52,880 nucleotides of DNA from Myxococcales bacterium (GTDB lineage: Bacteria; Myxococcota_A; UBA9042). The stretch spans positions 1 to 52,880 of the forward strand of contig JBBISH010000031.1 in assembly GCA_037441385.1 (NCBI GenBank), given 5' to 3'. Position numbers and translations under genes: made by a program. Under the pieces are notes generated by a model. That model worked only from the letters and a program-made list of their open reading frames with translations, made no database searches and was not told the origin of the DNA. The stretch's first letter is position 1, and each line of letters opens with the position of its first letter. This document shows, piece by piece, positions 9,371 through 19,156 of this stretch.

Positions 9371-11302
9371 CTAGCCCGATCGCTGCCACATCCGCATAAA
9401 ATCTGCCAAGGTATCGTAGCGCGGCCAGGGAGGTCCGGGCCACACCGCGCGCTCGGGCAGGCGCGCTGCTCCGGCCCCCGCCAACTCGCGCGCCAGCCCG
9501 GCAAACGCATGCCCGCTCTCTTGCCCCGGCGCCAGTCGCTGCAGCATCGCGGCATTGGCGCACAGGCGCAAAGCCCGGGCCGGGCGATCACGCTCGCCCC
9601 ACTCTTGGATGCAGTCGATGTAGATCTGCGGCGCCTGGCTCGGGTTGTCGCGGTGAACCACGACGCCCACGGCTACAGCCTGAATATGCTTTGGATCCAG
9701 CGCTTGCCACGCGCCATCGCACTGGGCCTGCAGGGTCCCGCTGGCGTCGCGGCCCAGGTCCTGGACCAGCGCCACTTCACTCGGCACCACGCCGCGGTGC
9801 AAAGCTTCGGTCACTGCCGTGCGCACGGCATCGCGCGGCAAGTAGGCTTGCGTGACCTCGCCAGAGGGCTGCGGACGCGGACCGCGGACGGGCGGCAGGT
9901 TGCCCACCAGGGTAGTGGCCTCGTCCACCGCCGTTGCCGTGCGGGCCGGGGGCTGCACCATCACCGCGTCCAGCGCCGCGAGCAAGTCGTCGCCCACCGC
10001 GCCTACCGAAACGGCAGAAGGCGCAGACGGCTGCGGGCCCACGGCCTGAGCGCGACCCGGCAGGAGCCAATTCAGGTTGTTCGGCGCCGGCACGGCAGTC
10101 TGCGCCCATTGCTGCACGGCGGCCGCTGGCATCGCTTCGGTCGGCTCCGCTGGCGTGCCGGTCAGCTCCAGTGCGGGCCCGGCATGGTCAGGACTTTCCT
10201 GTGGTTGCAGGGGAGGATCCTCGCTGGGGAGCTCGAGCTGGCGCGGTGGCCGTCTTGGCAACGGCCCCACGGGCGTCGGTACTGCTGGCTTCGGCTCGGC
10301 TGGCGCCGCCGCGGGTTCGGCGTCAAAGTCGAAGGGCGCGTCCGCGGTTGGCGCGTCGTCCCGCTCGGGTTCGGGATCGGGTTCCGGTTCGGGTTCAGGC
10401 GGCGGCTGGCCACGCTGCGAAAGGCTCTCTTCTTTCTGGGTGAGCCGTCGCATTCGCTCCAGGCCTGCCCCAAGGCGCGGTCCCGCCACGTTCTGCACCT
10501 GGGCCAGCCAGCCCAAGTGCACCGCCAGCCCGGCGCCCAAACCGATGCCCCATCCCGCCAGCTCGCCGATCACGCTGGCCCGGTCCGCGCCCGTGGTCCA
10601 CATCGCAACCAGGCGCACCATCAACCACCACGCTGCGACGCTCCACCCCGGCAGCGGAATCATGCGCGGAGGCCAAGTCGGCGCGATGAATTGGACTTGG
10701 GCCGTCAAGAAAACCACTGTAAATGCAGCAACCAATGCGCCAAGCCAGCCCTGCGCGCCGGTCCACGGCAACGAACCACTGTTGCACACCATCGTCCGCG
10801 CGCCCGCGCTGCCAAGGGCTGCCACGGCAATGACGCCCAGGTAAGTTCGCCGACCCCACCGCTCTTCTAGGTACGGGCCCACGCCCAGGAACAGCAGTGC
10901 ACAGCCCAGCAGGGCCAGGATCGGGTTGGCAAACACCAGCGGATGGAGCAGCCAGTCCAGTGGGCCGTTCTGTTCGTAGCCCAGGGACAACCGCAGCGCC
11001 CCACTGCGCAATTCGGCCTGACGCAGCTCGGCGCACAGGGTCTCGTAGTCTGCGGACGCGGGCTTGGTGCCCTGGGTCAGCCACGGCCCCATGCCCATCG
11101 GCACGGCGCAATCTTCTGGAGGAATCTCTGTGGGATGGGCCTTGCCAAACGCGCGAATGTCGCTCAGGACTTGGTCGCGGTGCGGATCCGGCGCCAGCCA
11201 CAGCCCGGCCGACAGCAGCAGCGCCAGCGCCGCCAGCACCATGGTCGCCTTGGGCGCACCTGCCACTCGCACACCAGCCAGACCAACCGGAATCACGCGC
11301 AC
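9371..11302 (-). CDS. Rhomboid-like membrane protein, probably catalytically inactive, with Pro/acidic linker and C-terminal domain (start uncertain)
   Basis: VIPVG..P.AT N-terminus, G..LEERWG..YL, GAQG in place of GASG, multiple TM helices. Confidence 0.7.
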   Translation of the reverse strand: MRVIPVGLAGVRVAGAPKATMVLAALALLLSAGLWLAPDPHRDQVLSDIRAFGKAHPTEIPPEDCAVPMGMGPWLTQGTKPASADYETLCAELRQAELRSGALRLSLGYEQNGPLDWLLHPLVFANPILALLGCALLFLGVGPYLEERWGRRTYLGVIAVAALGSAGARTMVCNSGSLPWTGAQGWLGALVAAFTVVFLTAQVQFIAPTWPPRMIPLPGWSVAAWWLMVRLVAMWTTGADRASVIGELAGWGIGLGAGLAVHLGWLAQVQNVAGPRLGAGLERMRRLTQKEESLSQRGQPPPEPEPEPDPEPERDDAPTADAPFDFDAEPAAAPAEPKPAVPTPVGPLPRRPPRQLELPSEDPPLQPQESPDHAGPALELTGTPAEPTEAMPAAAVQQWAQTAVPAPNNLNWLLPGRAQAVGPQPSAPSAVSVGAVGDDLLAALDAVMVQPPARTATAVDEATTLVGNLPPVRGPRPQPSGEVTQAYLPRDAVRTAVTEALHRGVVPSEVALVQDLGRDASGTLQAQCDGAWQALDPKHIQAVAVGVVVHRDNPSQAPQIYIDCIQEWGERDRPARALRLCANAAMLQRLAPGQESGHAFAGLARELAGAGAARLPERAVWPGPPWPRYDTLADFMRMWQRSG

Positions 11303-11685
11303 CCCGCTCGCGTCGATGGCTGCGATTGGGGGAAACCGCAGCAGATTGCCTACAAGCGTATGTCGAGCAGGACGGCGGCCGCAAGTCGGCATGTCTGCCC
11401 CGATCCGCCGCATTGGGCGCAACTCGGTGTTGCTGCGTCGTCCCAGCTACGGGTTGCCCCACTGGGGCGACCCGTTCACCCTTCGGGCGACCGCTGGGGC
11501 CCTTCTCCCTGCGGCGACCGCTAGGTCGCCTCCGTCGCTCCGCTCCTTGCGCCTTGATTTGCATCCCCAATCGGCGGCTGGGGCGAATTTCGATGGTGGA
11601 TCCTGGTCCGTGCCCACCGGCTTGCTACTGTCTTGTTGCGTCGGCATGCTGGCCGTGCCCTGATGGCGTGCGAAGTGGCCAGCCC

Positions 11686-12435
11686 ATGTCCCAGACCCTC
11701 GCCTCTGCGGCGCCATCCGAAGAAACTCCGGAGTTGGCCAAGCCTGGCACGTCATTGCCCGAACCGACTGGCCCGCGGCGCCATCACACCCTGCGGCGCT
11801 GGGCAGTGGCGGTGGTGGCGGGTTGCCTTGCCGCGGCGCTGGTGCCCGCGACCGTGGCCTGGCCCAATCGCGTGGCGGTCGGCTGGCTGGTGGGCGCTGG
11901 CCTGTACTTGGTGCGGCTTTGGTACCGCATCCTCCGCGTGGGCCCCGCCGAAACGCGCCACCGCGCCGTGCGCGACGACCCCGGCCGAGCCGCGATCTTG
12001 ATCATCACGGTGGCCGCCAGCGCCCTGAGTCTGCTGGCCGCTGCGCGCGTCATCGCGCGAGCCCGCGGGCTGACCGACGCCGGGGAACAAGTGTTGTGGA
12101 CGGTCGTAGGCTGCGCTGCGGTGGCGACCTCGTGGCTGCTGACCCACTCGGTGTATGCGCTGCGCTATGCCCACCTGTACTACCGGCGCGGCCACTCAAC
12201 CAGCGGCGAGGTCAACAAGCCCGGCGGCATGATCTTCCCCGGCGCCCGCGAGCCGTGCGACCTGGACTTTGCCTACTTTGCTTTCACGCTGGGGATTTGT
12301 TTCCAGACGTCGGACGTGGCGATCGACTGCACACGCGTGCGGCGCGCCGTGCTGTTTCACGTGCTGCTCGCCTTTGCCTACAACACTACGATCCTGGGCT
12401 TGGTGATTGGCCTTTTGGGCTCTTGGCTGCAGTAG
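11686..12435 (+). CDS. DUF1345 family membrane protein
   Basis: YALRYAHLYY, FPG..P...DFAYFAFTLG..FQTSDV, RRAVL.H..LAF.YNT. Confidence 0.85.
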   Translation: MSQTLASAAPSEETPELAKPGTSLPEPTGPRRHHTLRRWAVAVVAGCLAAALVPATVAWPNRVAVGWLVGAGLYLVRLWYRILRVGPAETRHRAVRDDPGRAAILIITVAASALSLLAAARVIARARGLTDAGEQVLWTVVGCAAVATSWLLTHSVYALRYAHLYYRRGHSTSGEVNKPGGMIFPGAREPCDLDFAYFAFTLGICFQTSDVAIDCTRVRRAVLFHVLLAFAYNTTILGLVIGLLGSWLQ

Positions 12436-12459
12436 ACTGGCCCGCGGCGGCGCGTTTCG

Positions 12460-13698
12460 CTACTTCTTGGCGACCAACCAGGCCACGGTCTTGTCGGCCA
12501 GGCTGTCCAACGCGCGGACGCCCATGGCCAAGTGCTCGTGCTTGGTGTCCTCGATCTTGTTGTGGCTGATGCCGCCCACCGACTGGGTAAAGATCATCAC
12601 GGTCGGGATGCCGGCGCGCGCGACCTCGGCGGCGTCGTGGAGCGGACCCGAAGGCAAGCGATGGCGAGTGCCACTGGCCTCGAAGACCGCATCCTCGCAG
12701 AAATCGAGCAGCTCGGGGTGGAACGGGATCGGCTCGATGGTCCAAATCGGCGACCACTCGACCGTGCAGCCGTGCTCGTCGGCAAACTTCTTGGACGCGG
12801 CTTGGGCTTCGCTGTACATCTGCGCCAGGTTGTCGGGCGACAGGTCGCGCTGATCCAGGGTGGCCTCGCAACGGCCCACCACGGCGGTGACGATGCCGGG
12901 GAACGTCTTGACGCTGCCCATCGTGCACACGGCATCTTTGTGCTTGCCAGCGATGGTGTAGATTTCCAGGGCGAGTTTGGCGCAAGCCGCCAGCGCGTCG
13001 CGGCGGAGGCCCATCGGGGTCGCGCCGGAGTGCGCCGCCTGACCGAAGAACGTAATCGCGTGGCGCTCGACGCCTTTGGTGCCCGTCACGACCCCCAGCG
13101 GCAGCCCCATCTGCTCGAGCACCGGGCCCTGCTCGATGTGCAGTTCCAAGTAGGCGCCAATGTTTTTGCGCCATTTCTCGGCCTCTGGGAAACGCTCGAT
13201 CTCCACGCCACAGGCGCGCAGGGCGTCTTCTAGGCGGACCCCTTCGCGATCCGTGCGGCCGCGGTCTGCCTCGATGCTGTGGTTGCCGGCAAACGCTGCC
13301 GAACCGAGCAGGCTCCGACCAAAGCGGGCGCCTTCTTCGTCGGCCCAGTCCACGACTTTGATCGTCACCGGGGGCTTCTTGCCAGCCGCCGCAAAGCGAC
13401 GCAGCACCGCCAAGCCTGCGACCACACCCAAACAGCCGTCTAGCCAACCGCCGCCCGGGACGCAGTCCAGGTGGCTGCCCATGACCAGCGCCACTTCGGT
13501 CTCGCCGGGCAGAGTCGCCCACAGGTTCCCCGCCGGATCTTGCTCTACAGTAACCGGCAGTTGGGCCAGGTGATCTTTGAACCACTGCCGCGCTTTGAGC
13601 CAAGTGGGCGTCCAAGCGACGCGCTGGCCCCCGTTTTCGTTGGCGGTCAGAGTGCGCAGATCCATCAAGTCTTGAATCATTCGCTGCGGTTCGAGCAT
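12460..13698 (-). CDS. M20 family Zn-dependent amidohydrolase (N-carbamoyl-amino acid/allantoate amidohydrolase-like)
   Basis: GSHLDCVP.GG.LDG.LGV, DEEGARFG, YLELHIEQGPVLE, AHSGATPM..RRDAL, SGPLHDA, GISHN. GGAGG RBS. Confidence 0.93.
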   Translation of the reverse strand: MLEPQRMIQDLMDLRTLTANENGGQRVAWTPTWLKARQWFKDHLAQLPVTVEQDPAGNLWATLPGETEVALVMGSHLDCVPGGGWLDGCLGVVAGLAVLRRFAAAGKKPPVTIKVVDWADEEGARFGRSLLGSAAFAGNHSIEADRGRTDREGVRLEDALRACGVEIERFPEAEKWRKNIGAYLELHIEQGPVLEQMGLPLGVVTGTKGVERHAITFFGQAAHSGATPMGLRRDALAACAKLALEIYTIAGKHKDAVCTMGSVKTFPGIVTAVVGRCEATLDQRDLSPDNLAQMYSEAQAASKKFADEHGCTVEWSPIWTIEPIPFHPELLDFCEDAVFEASGTRHRLPSGPLHDAAEVARAGIPTVMIFTQSVGGISHNKIEDTKHEHLAMGVRALDSLADKTVAWLVAKK

Positions 13699-13871
13699 GT
13701 TGCCTCCAAGTCCAGTTGCGCCGGTAGCGGTTGCGGTCGCCGACAATAGCCGAGAATCGGGGCCGCGACCAGATGCCCATCCCGGCCGACCGCCGCGGCG
13801 GTTTGACGGCGCTGGTTGCGCGGCAGAAAATAGCCCACACGCAGCGGTGGCCCGTCTGCAAAGGAGCCAAG

Positions 13872-14825
13872 ATGGCCCTGAACTTGTCGATTCTGCCTCG
13901 CGGGTACGCCGCAGGGCTGTTGGTTGCGGCGATCGCGACGCCGCTGTGGCCTTGTCTGAGTTGGGCGGTCGCACCCACCGCTGCGCAACTGGCCGCCCGG
14001 CCTGCCGAACCTCCGCCGTCGGTGTCGCCGATCAAAGAGAAGGTGATGCAGCGCGCCGCCGAGAAGCTGGGAGGACCGCGCGCGCCTCAGGCCGCTCCGG
14101 CCCCAGAGCCGGCCGCCGCCAGTCCGGCCGTGGCTGCGGCAGACGCTGCCACCACCGCGATCGACCTGGGCGGCGACACCTTTGCGACGGCACCCAAACC
14201 CCCCGGATTCTTGTACTCGGTGCTGCAGGACGCTTGGATCGACGACGTGCGCGAGACCTACCTGTACATCAAGTCGTCGCCCACGCGGCCGACCTCGTTG
14301 GCCGTGCCGATTCCAAAGAACCGTGCGTTCTTGGCCACGTGCATTCACGGAGGCACCATCGACGATTTGGTGCGTTCGGCCACCGCCACGGTCAAGTGGG
14401 ACCCTGCCGGTGTAGTGCGGCCCGACATCACCATCACCAAGAAGGCCGAACTCGAAATTTACGACAACGCCAAGGTGCTCGACCGCGGTGGCGACCGCTT
14501 GTACATCAACACGGCCGAGGGCATTGCCAAGGGCTTTGCCTTGGAAGGCGGCGCCGCGGCCTGGGACGAAGTGATCGAGGGCGCCAAGTTCAATGATCTG
14601 GTGGCCGGCACCGTCGTCCGCGTCGAGAACGACCCCAGCGGTCGCAAGCCCATCCGCGTGATCTTCAAGCAAAAGGCCCCGGCAATCGACGCCAGCGGTG
14701 TCAAGAGGGACCGCGGCTGCGGCTGTGACTTGCGCCCGAGCGACGGCGTCTCGGTAGGCTCTGGCCTGCTTGCTGCGGCCCTATTGGCTCTGGTGTGGTG
14801 GCGGCGCAAAACAACCTTGAGCTGA
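13872..14825 (+). CDS. Secreted protein with C-terminal MYXO-CTERM-like sorting signal
   Basis: N-terminal signal peptide; C-terminus GCGC...GLLAAALLALVWWRRK. AAGGAG RBS. Confidence 0.75.
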   Translation: MALNLSILPRGYAAGLLVAAIATPLWPCLSWAVAPTAAQLAARPAEPPPSVSPIKEKVMQRAAEKLGGPRAPQAAPAPEPAAASPAVAAADAATTAIDLGGDTFATAPKPPGFLYSVLQDAWIDDVRETYLYIKSSPTRPTSLAVPIPKNRAFLATCIHGGTIDDLVRSATATVKWDPAGVVRPDITITKKAELEIYDNAKVLDRGGDRLYINTAEGIAKGFALEGGAAAWDEVIEGAKFNDLVAGTVVRVENDPSGRKPIRVIFKQKAPAIDASGVKRDRGCGCDLRPSDGVSVGSGLLAAALLALVWWRRKTTLS

Positions 14826-14841
14826 CCGGCTGCGGGCAAGT

Positions 14842-17166
14842 TCAGTTTCGTGTCGATCGCACCGCCGCCATCCTCTGAGCGGCTGCGCAGCGCTCGCGCC
14901 ATTCTGCGCGCATCAGCTCCGGTTCCTCTTGAATGTTCAGCTGTTCAAGGGCATCGCAGCGACCCAGGCGCGCCCAGTGCAGCGCCAACAGCCGCGCCAC
15001 TTCGCGCCCCGTCAACGGCCAGCGCTCGGCCAACTTGGGCAACAGGTCGGCCAGTTCCACGACGGCCTGTTCCCCGGCCCGCAGGCGCAGCTGTTGCCGC
15101 AACGCCAGGTAACGCACAAGCGGATGATCACTAGCTAATTCGATCATCGCCGCCGCTGCTTGCTCGGGCCGAGCCGGGGCAAAACCGTAGGCCAGCAGGG
15201 CCCCGGCCGGCGCCTTCAGCGCGGCAAGGCCAGCAAGTTCGGTCTTGATCTCGACAACGCGCCGGGTGGCCTCGCCGGTGGGGAGCTGCACCACCTGGGC
15301 CCACGCCTGCCGCGCAGCCGCCACGTCGCCCTGAAGCCACTGCAGATCGCCTTGAATCGTGAGCAGTTCTGCACGTTGCAGCCGGCTGAACCCTGTGGTC
15401 TTCAAGCCCGCCAGCCGATCGAGCGCGGCCCGCGGTTGGCCCGCCGCGGCCTCGGCATCGGCCACCGTCAACTCCAGGCCCAAGTCCCGGTCGGCGCCCG
15501 CATCGGCCAGACGATCCAGCAGATCGTCGCACAGCGCTGTGGCCTGTTTGGCCTGCCCAACACGGCGCGCTTGGTCGACGCGCTCGCGGTAGCGACCGAC
15601 GCACAGCGCGCAGGTCCGATCGAACAGACCGGCTGGCTCAAAGCGCGCCCGCGCACGCTCCAGGTCCACGTCGCGCAGCGGCGGCTGACCGGGCGCTTCG
15701 ATGGCCGCAAGCCAGCGCCGCTCGACCTCGGTCAAGGGCAACCCCAATGCGCGCTCGACATCGCCGTCGCGGTAGATGGCCTTGACCGCCTCGACACCGT
15801 ACGTATCGCGCACCCAGCGCAGCAGCGAGCCGGCGATCGTGTAGGCCAAGTCGTTATTTTGACGCAAGAAGCTTGCCGGATTTCGCAGATCCGCCAGCGC
15901 CGGCGCCTTGCCCAGCTGCCGGGCCGCGCGGGTCCACTGGTGCGGATCCAGGCCGGCGCGCACCGGCCACTCGGCCGCCACCGCAGTCCCCTCGATGGTC
16001 AAAGCATCCGGCAACCAGCCGTGACGCAGCGGAACCCGCAGCAGGTTGTCCGCCCACTCGCCCGCGGCGACGTGCGCCAATTCGTGCGTCAGCACGCTGG
16101 CGCCAAATTCAGGAAGAACCAAATGAACTTGCCGCAGCCACGGCTTGGCCATCTCGACGCGGTGCGCTCCCATACCGCGGCGTTTGCTGTCCGCATCGGG
16201 CCACGCGTAGACGTCGAGCGACCGGGGCAGACCCCCAAACCACCGCCGCAGCTGGACCATGCGGAATTGAACATCGGCTTGCAGCAGTTGGCTCGCGCGC
16301 TGCCAGCGCTCGCCACGTGGGACATGAATGCGCCACACCGTGTCGGGGTGGCCCGGCTCGCGCGCCTCCAGCAGCACCGGCAACTCGCGCTCCACCGTCG
16401 CGTGGCCCAGGCGCCACCCCTCGGGCTCGGCCCGCACCAGTCCCACAGCACCGGCCGTGATCGCCAGAACGACCAGCATCATGGCGCGCAAGTCCGCATC
16501 ACGCCAAGACGTTCGCAGTTGGATACCGCCCGCCGGACGGCCAAGCAGCGCATCCAGCGCCAGCACCGAGCCGGCCCAGGCCACGTCCAGTAACCGAAAA
16601 GCCAGGTACGACCAAGTCGGTGCGACCGCGTCCTCGTACAGCGCGCCGGCGACCCATCCCGTCGGCATCGCGACGCCAAACACCTGGGGATGCAACAAGA
16701 AAGTTGCCGCGGCCGGCACGCAACTCGCCAGCAGCAGCGTCAGGCCCAACGCCGCTCGCCGCCCACGCCCCGCGCCCGCGCCCCAGCGCGCCGCCGTCCC
16801 CAGCGCCGCCCCGCCCACGGCCGCCATTGCGGGCCCCAGCAACCAAAAGGCCAGGCCGGTGGCCTTGTCGCAGTTGGGCTGCCACGGCGATACGGCCAGC
16901 AGCAGGATCAGCGGCGCCACCAGCGGCAGGCCGAAGCTCTGCCAAATCGCGACCTTCCGCAGCCTGCTGGCCTGCGCCAAGCTCGCCGCGCACGTCACCG
17001 GCGCCAGCACCAGGTTGGCGTGGTAGTCGAGCACGGCAAGTCCCTGACTTGCCAACAGGATCGCCGTCAGCAGCGGCGCCAAGTTCGCGACCAAGCCCAG
17101 CGCACGCAGCAGACGCGAAGTCGTTGCTGTTCCTGGCGATGGGTTGGGTGGCCGCGGCTCCGCCAT
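14842..17166 (-). CDS. Membrane protein with gluzincin-type metallopeptidase motif and TPR-like C-terminus
   Basis: N-terminal TM helices; THELAH followed by downstream IEGTA; helical repeat-like C-terminus. Confidence 0.7.
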   Translation of the reverse strand: MAEPRPPNPSPGTATTSRLLRALGLVANLAPLLTAILLASQGLAVLDYHANLVLAPVTCAASLAQASRLRKVAIWQSFGLPLVAPLILLLAVSPWQPNCDKATGLAFWLLGPAMAAVGGAALGTAARWGAGAGRGRRAALGLTLLLASCVPAAATFLLHPQVFGVAMPTGWVAGALYEDAVAPTWSYLAFRLLDVAWAGSVLALDALLGRPAGGIQLRTSWRDADLRAMMLVVLAITAGAVGLVRAEPEGWRLGHATVERELPVLLEAREPGHPDTVWRIHVPRGERWQRASQLLQADVQFRMVQLRRWFGGLPRSLDVYAWPDADSKRRGMGAHRVEMAKPWLRQVHLVLPEFGASVLTHELAHVAAGEWADNLLRVPLRHGWLPDALTIEGTAVAAEWPVRAGLDPHQWTRAARQLGKAPALADLRNPASFLRQNNDLAYTIAGSLLRWVRDTYGVEAVKAIYRDGDVERALGLPLTEVERRWLAAIEAPGQPPLRDVDLERARARFEPAGLFDRTCALCVGRYRERVDQARRVGQAKQATALCDDLLDRLADAGADRDLGLELTVADAEAAAGQPRAALDRLAGLKTTGFSRLQRAELLTIQGDLQWLQGDVAAARQAWAQVVQLPTGEATRRVVEIKTELAGLAALKAPAGALLAYGFAPARPEQAAAAMIELASDHPLVRYLALRQQLRLRAGEQAVVELADLLPKLAERWPLTGREVARLLALHWARLGRCDALEQLNIQEEPELMRAEWRERCAAAQRMAAVRSTRN

Positions 17167-17475
17167 GCGCTGCTCTGCCGGGTTGCGGCTTCGCGCAGGC
17201 ACCGGCCCGCGCGCGACCACTATAGCGAAAAAGGGCCAGGGTGTCGGCGCAGCCGCGGCCGGATCGCCGCAACTCGCGTTGGCGCGCGCCACGCGCTATG
17301 CTAGCATCTACCGATTCGCTTGCGCTCCGGCGCAAGGTGCCGTGCCTTTCCCGGCGACAAGTCCTGGAAACTACGGTGTGCGTCACAGTTGCGGCAGTCG
17401 ATCAGGGGTGCCACCGCGGCAAGTCGGGACGCAGCGTCCCAAGCGCGGTGAAAGCAGAGCGGTACGAGGCGATTC

Positions 17476-19101
17476 ATGGGCGTCACCAAGCTGGTCCGCA
17501 TCAGCACCGGGCCTGGGCAGCACGAGATCATCCTTGGCGATGTGACGACCATCGGCCGCCAGCCCACCAACACCTTGCAGATCGTCGATCGGTTGGTTTC
17601 CAAGGAACACGCCATCATCTCGCGGCATCCCAAGCTGCCCCGCTACCAACTGATTGATCTGCAGTCGCGTAACGGCACGTTTTGCAACGATCAGATGGTC
17701 GATGGCGAGGTTGCGCTGCGCCATGGCGATGCCGTCCGGATCGGCTCGACCACTTGGAAATTCGTGCAAGAGGGCGCCGACACGCTGCGCATGGGCGATG
17801 TGGAAGAGCCCGTGGCCGAAGAGCCGGGTGCCGCGTCGATCCATGCGACCATGCAGATCGACCTGGCTCACGACTTCCAAAAGGCTGACTTCGTCTTGGA
17901 TGACAAGATGTTGCGCGCCGACTACGAGAAGCTGCGCCTTGCCTATACGCTCAACGGCGACCTGCACGCCGCGCCGGACATCGACACGGTGCTCGAGCGC
18001 CTCCTCAAGCGCGTGCTGGAGTGGCTGCCCATCGACCGCGGGGTCGTGCTGTTCGTCGACCCCACCAAGGGCGGCGACCCGGCCGAGACGCTGCATCAAG
18101 TGGCGGTCAAGCTGCGCCAGGGCGCGACCCTGACGGCCGAAGAGCGCGAAATCCATGTGCCCCGCTCGATCGTGCGCCATGTCATCGCCAAGCGCGAGGC
18201 CGTCCTGTCGACCGATGCGCGGCTGGACGCCCGCTTTGCCAACGCCGCGTCGGTGGTGCTGCAGGGCATCCGCTCGTCGATGACAGTGCCGCTCATCACC
18301 ACGGACCGCATCCTGGGCGTCTTGCACGTGGACTCGCTGATCAGCTCGGGCCTGTTTGCCGAAAAGGACCTGGCCGTGCTGGTGGCGGTGTCGCGCCAGG
18401 CCTCGATCAGCATCGACAACGTGCTGCTGCAGCGGCGGTTGGTCGAAGAGGCGGCGCTGCGTTCGTCGTTGTCGCGGATGCTGTCGCCGAACCTGGTCGA
18501 CCGCATTGTCGCGGGCGACCTCGCCATCGAAAAGGGCGGCGCGCAAAAGCGCGTGACCGTGATGTTTGCCGACATTCGCGGCTTTACCAGCCTAACTGAG
18601 CGCCTGGCCCCGGCCGACATGGTCGCGCTGATGAACGAGTACTTCGAGCGCGTTTCGGACGTGATCTTCAAGCACGACGGTACGTTGGACAAGTACATCG
18701 GCGATGCGGTGATGGCCTTGTGGGGTGCGCCGTTGGGCGCCGAACACGACGAGCTCAGCGCGGTGCGCGCCGCCGCGGGCATGCAAGACGTGGTGCGCCA
18801 GCTCAACGCGGAACGGGCGGCCATGGAGCAAGAACCGATTGGCGTCGGCATCGGCATCGCTACGGCCACGGTGATCGCGGGCTACGTGGGATCGTCGCAG
18901 ACCATGAGCTACACCGTGTTCGGTCGCGGCGTAAACCTGGCGTCGCGGCTGTGCTCGGCGGCCAAGGCCGGCGAAGTGCTGTTGTCGCCTACCACACTGG
19001 ACGCAATCCGCCCGTACGTCGTCGCCGACGAGATGGAGGAGCTGCGCCTAAAGGGCATGGCCGATCCCGTCAGGCCGTACAAGCTGTTGGGCCTCCGCTA
19101 G
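17476..19101 (+). CDS. FHA-GAF-class III adenylate/guanylate cyclase
   Basis: FHA (IGR...VSKEHA..DLQSRNGT), GAF (IRSSMTVPL..ILGVLHVD), cyclase (FADIRGFT, DKYIGDAVM, VNLASRL). Confidence 0.93.
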   Translation: MGVTKLVRISTGPGQHEIILGDVTTIGRQPTNTLQIVDRLVSKEHAIISRHPKLPRYQLIDLQSRNGTFCNDQMVDGEVALRHGDAVRIGSTTWKFVQEGADTLRMGDVEEPVAEEPGAASIHATMQIDLAHDFQKADFVLDDKMLRADYEKLRLAYTLNGDLHAAPDIDTVLERLLKRVLEWLPIDRGVVLFVDPTKGGDPAETLHQVAVKLRQGATLTAEEREIHVPRSIVRHVIAKREAVLSTDARLDARFANAASVVLQGIRSSMTVPLITTDRILGVLHVDSLISSGLFAEKDLAVLVAVSRQASISIDNVLLQRRLVEEAALRSSLSRMLSPNLVDRIVAGDLAIEKGGAQKRVTVMFADIRGFTSLTERLAPADMVALMNEYFERVSDVIFKHDGTLDKYIGDAVMALWGAPLGAEHDELSAVRAAAGMQDVVRQLNAERAAMEQEPIGVGIGIATATVIAGYVGSSQTMSYTVFGRGVNLASRLCSAAKAGEVLLSPTTLDAIRPYVVADEMEELRLKGMADPVRPYKLLGLR

Positions 19102-19156
19102 AGACACCACCAAGTACTCGACATTCGTTCGGCAATTCGGCCTGCCGGTCGTGTCT

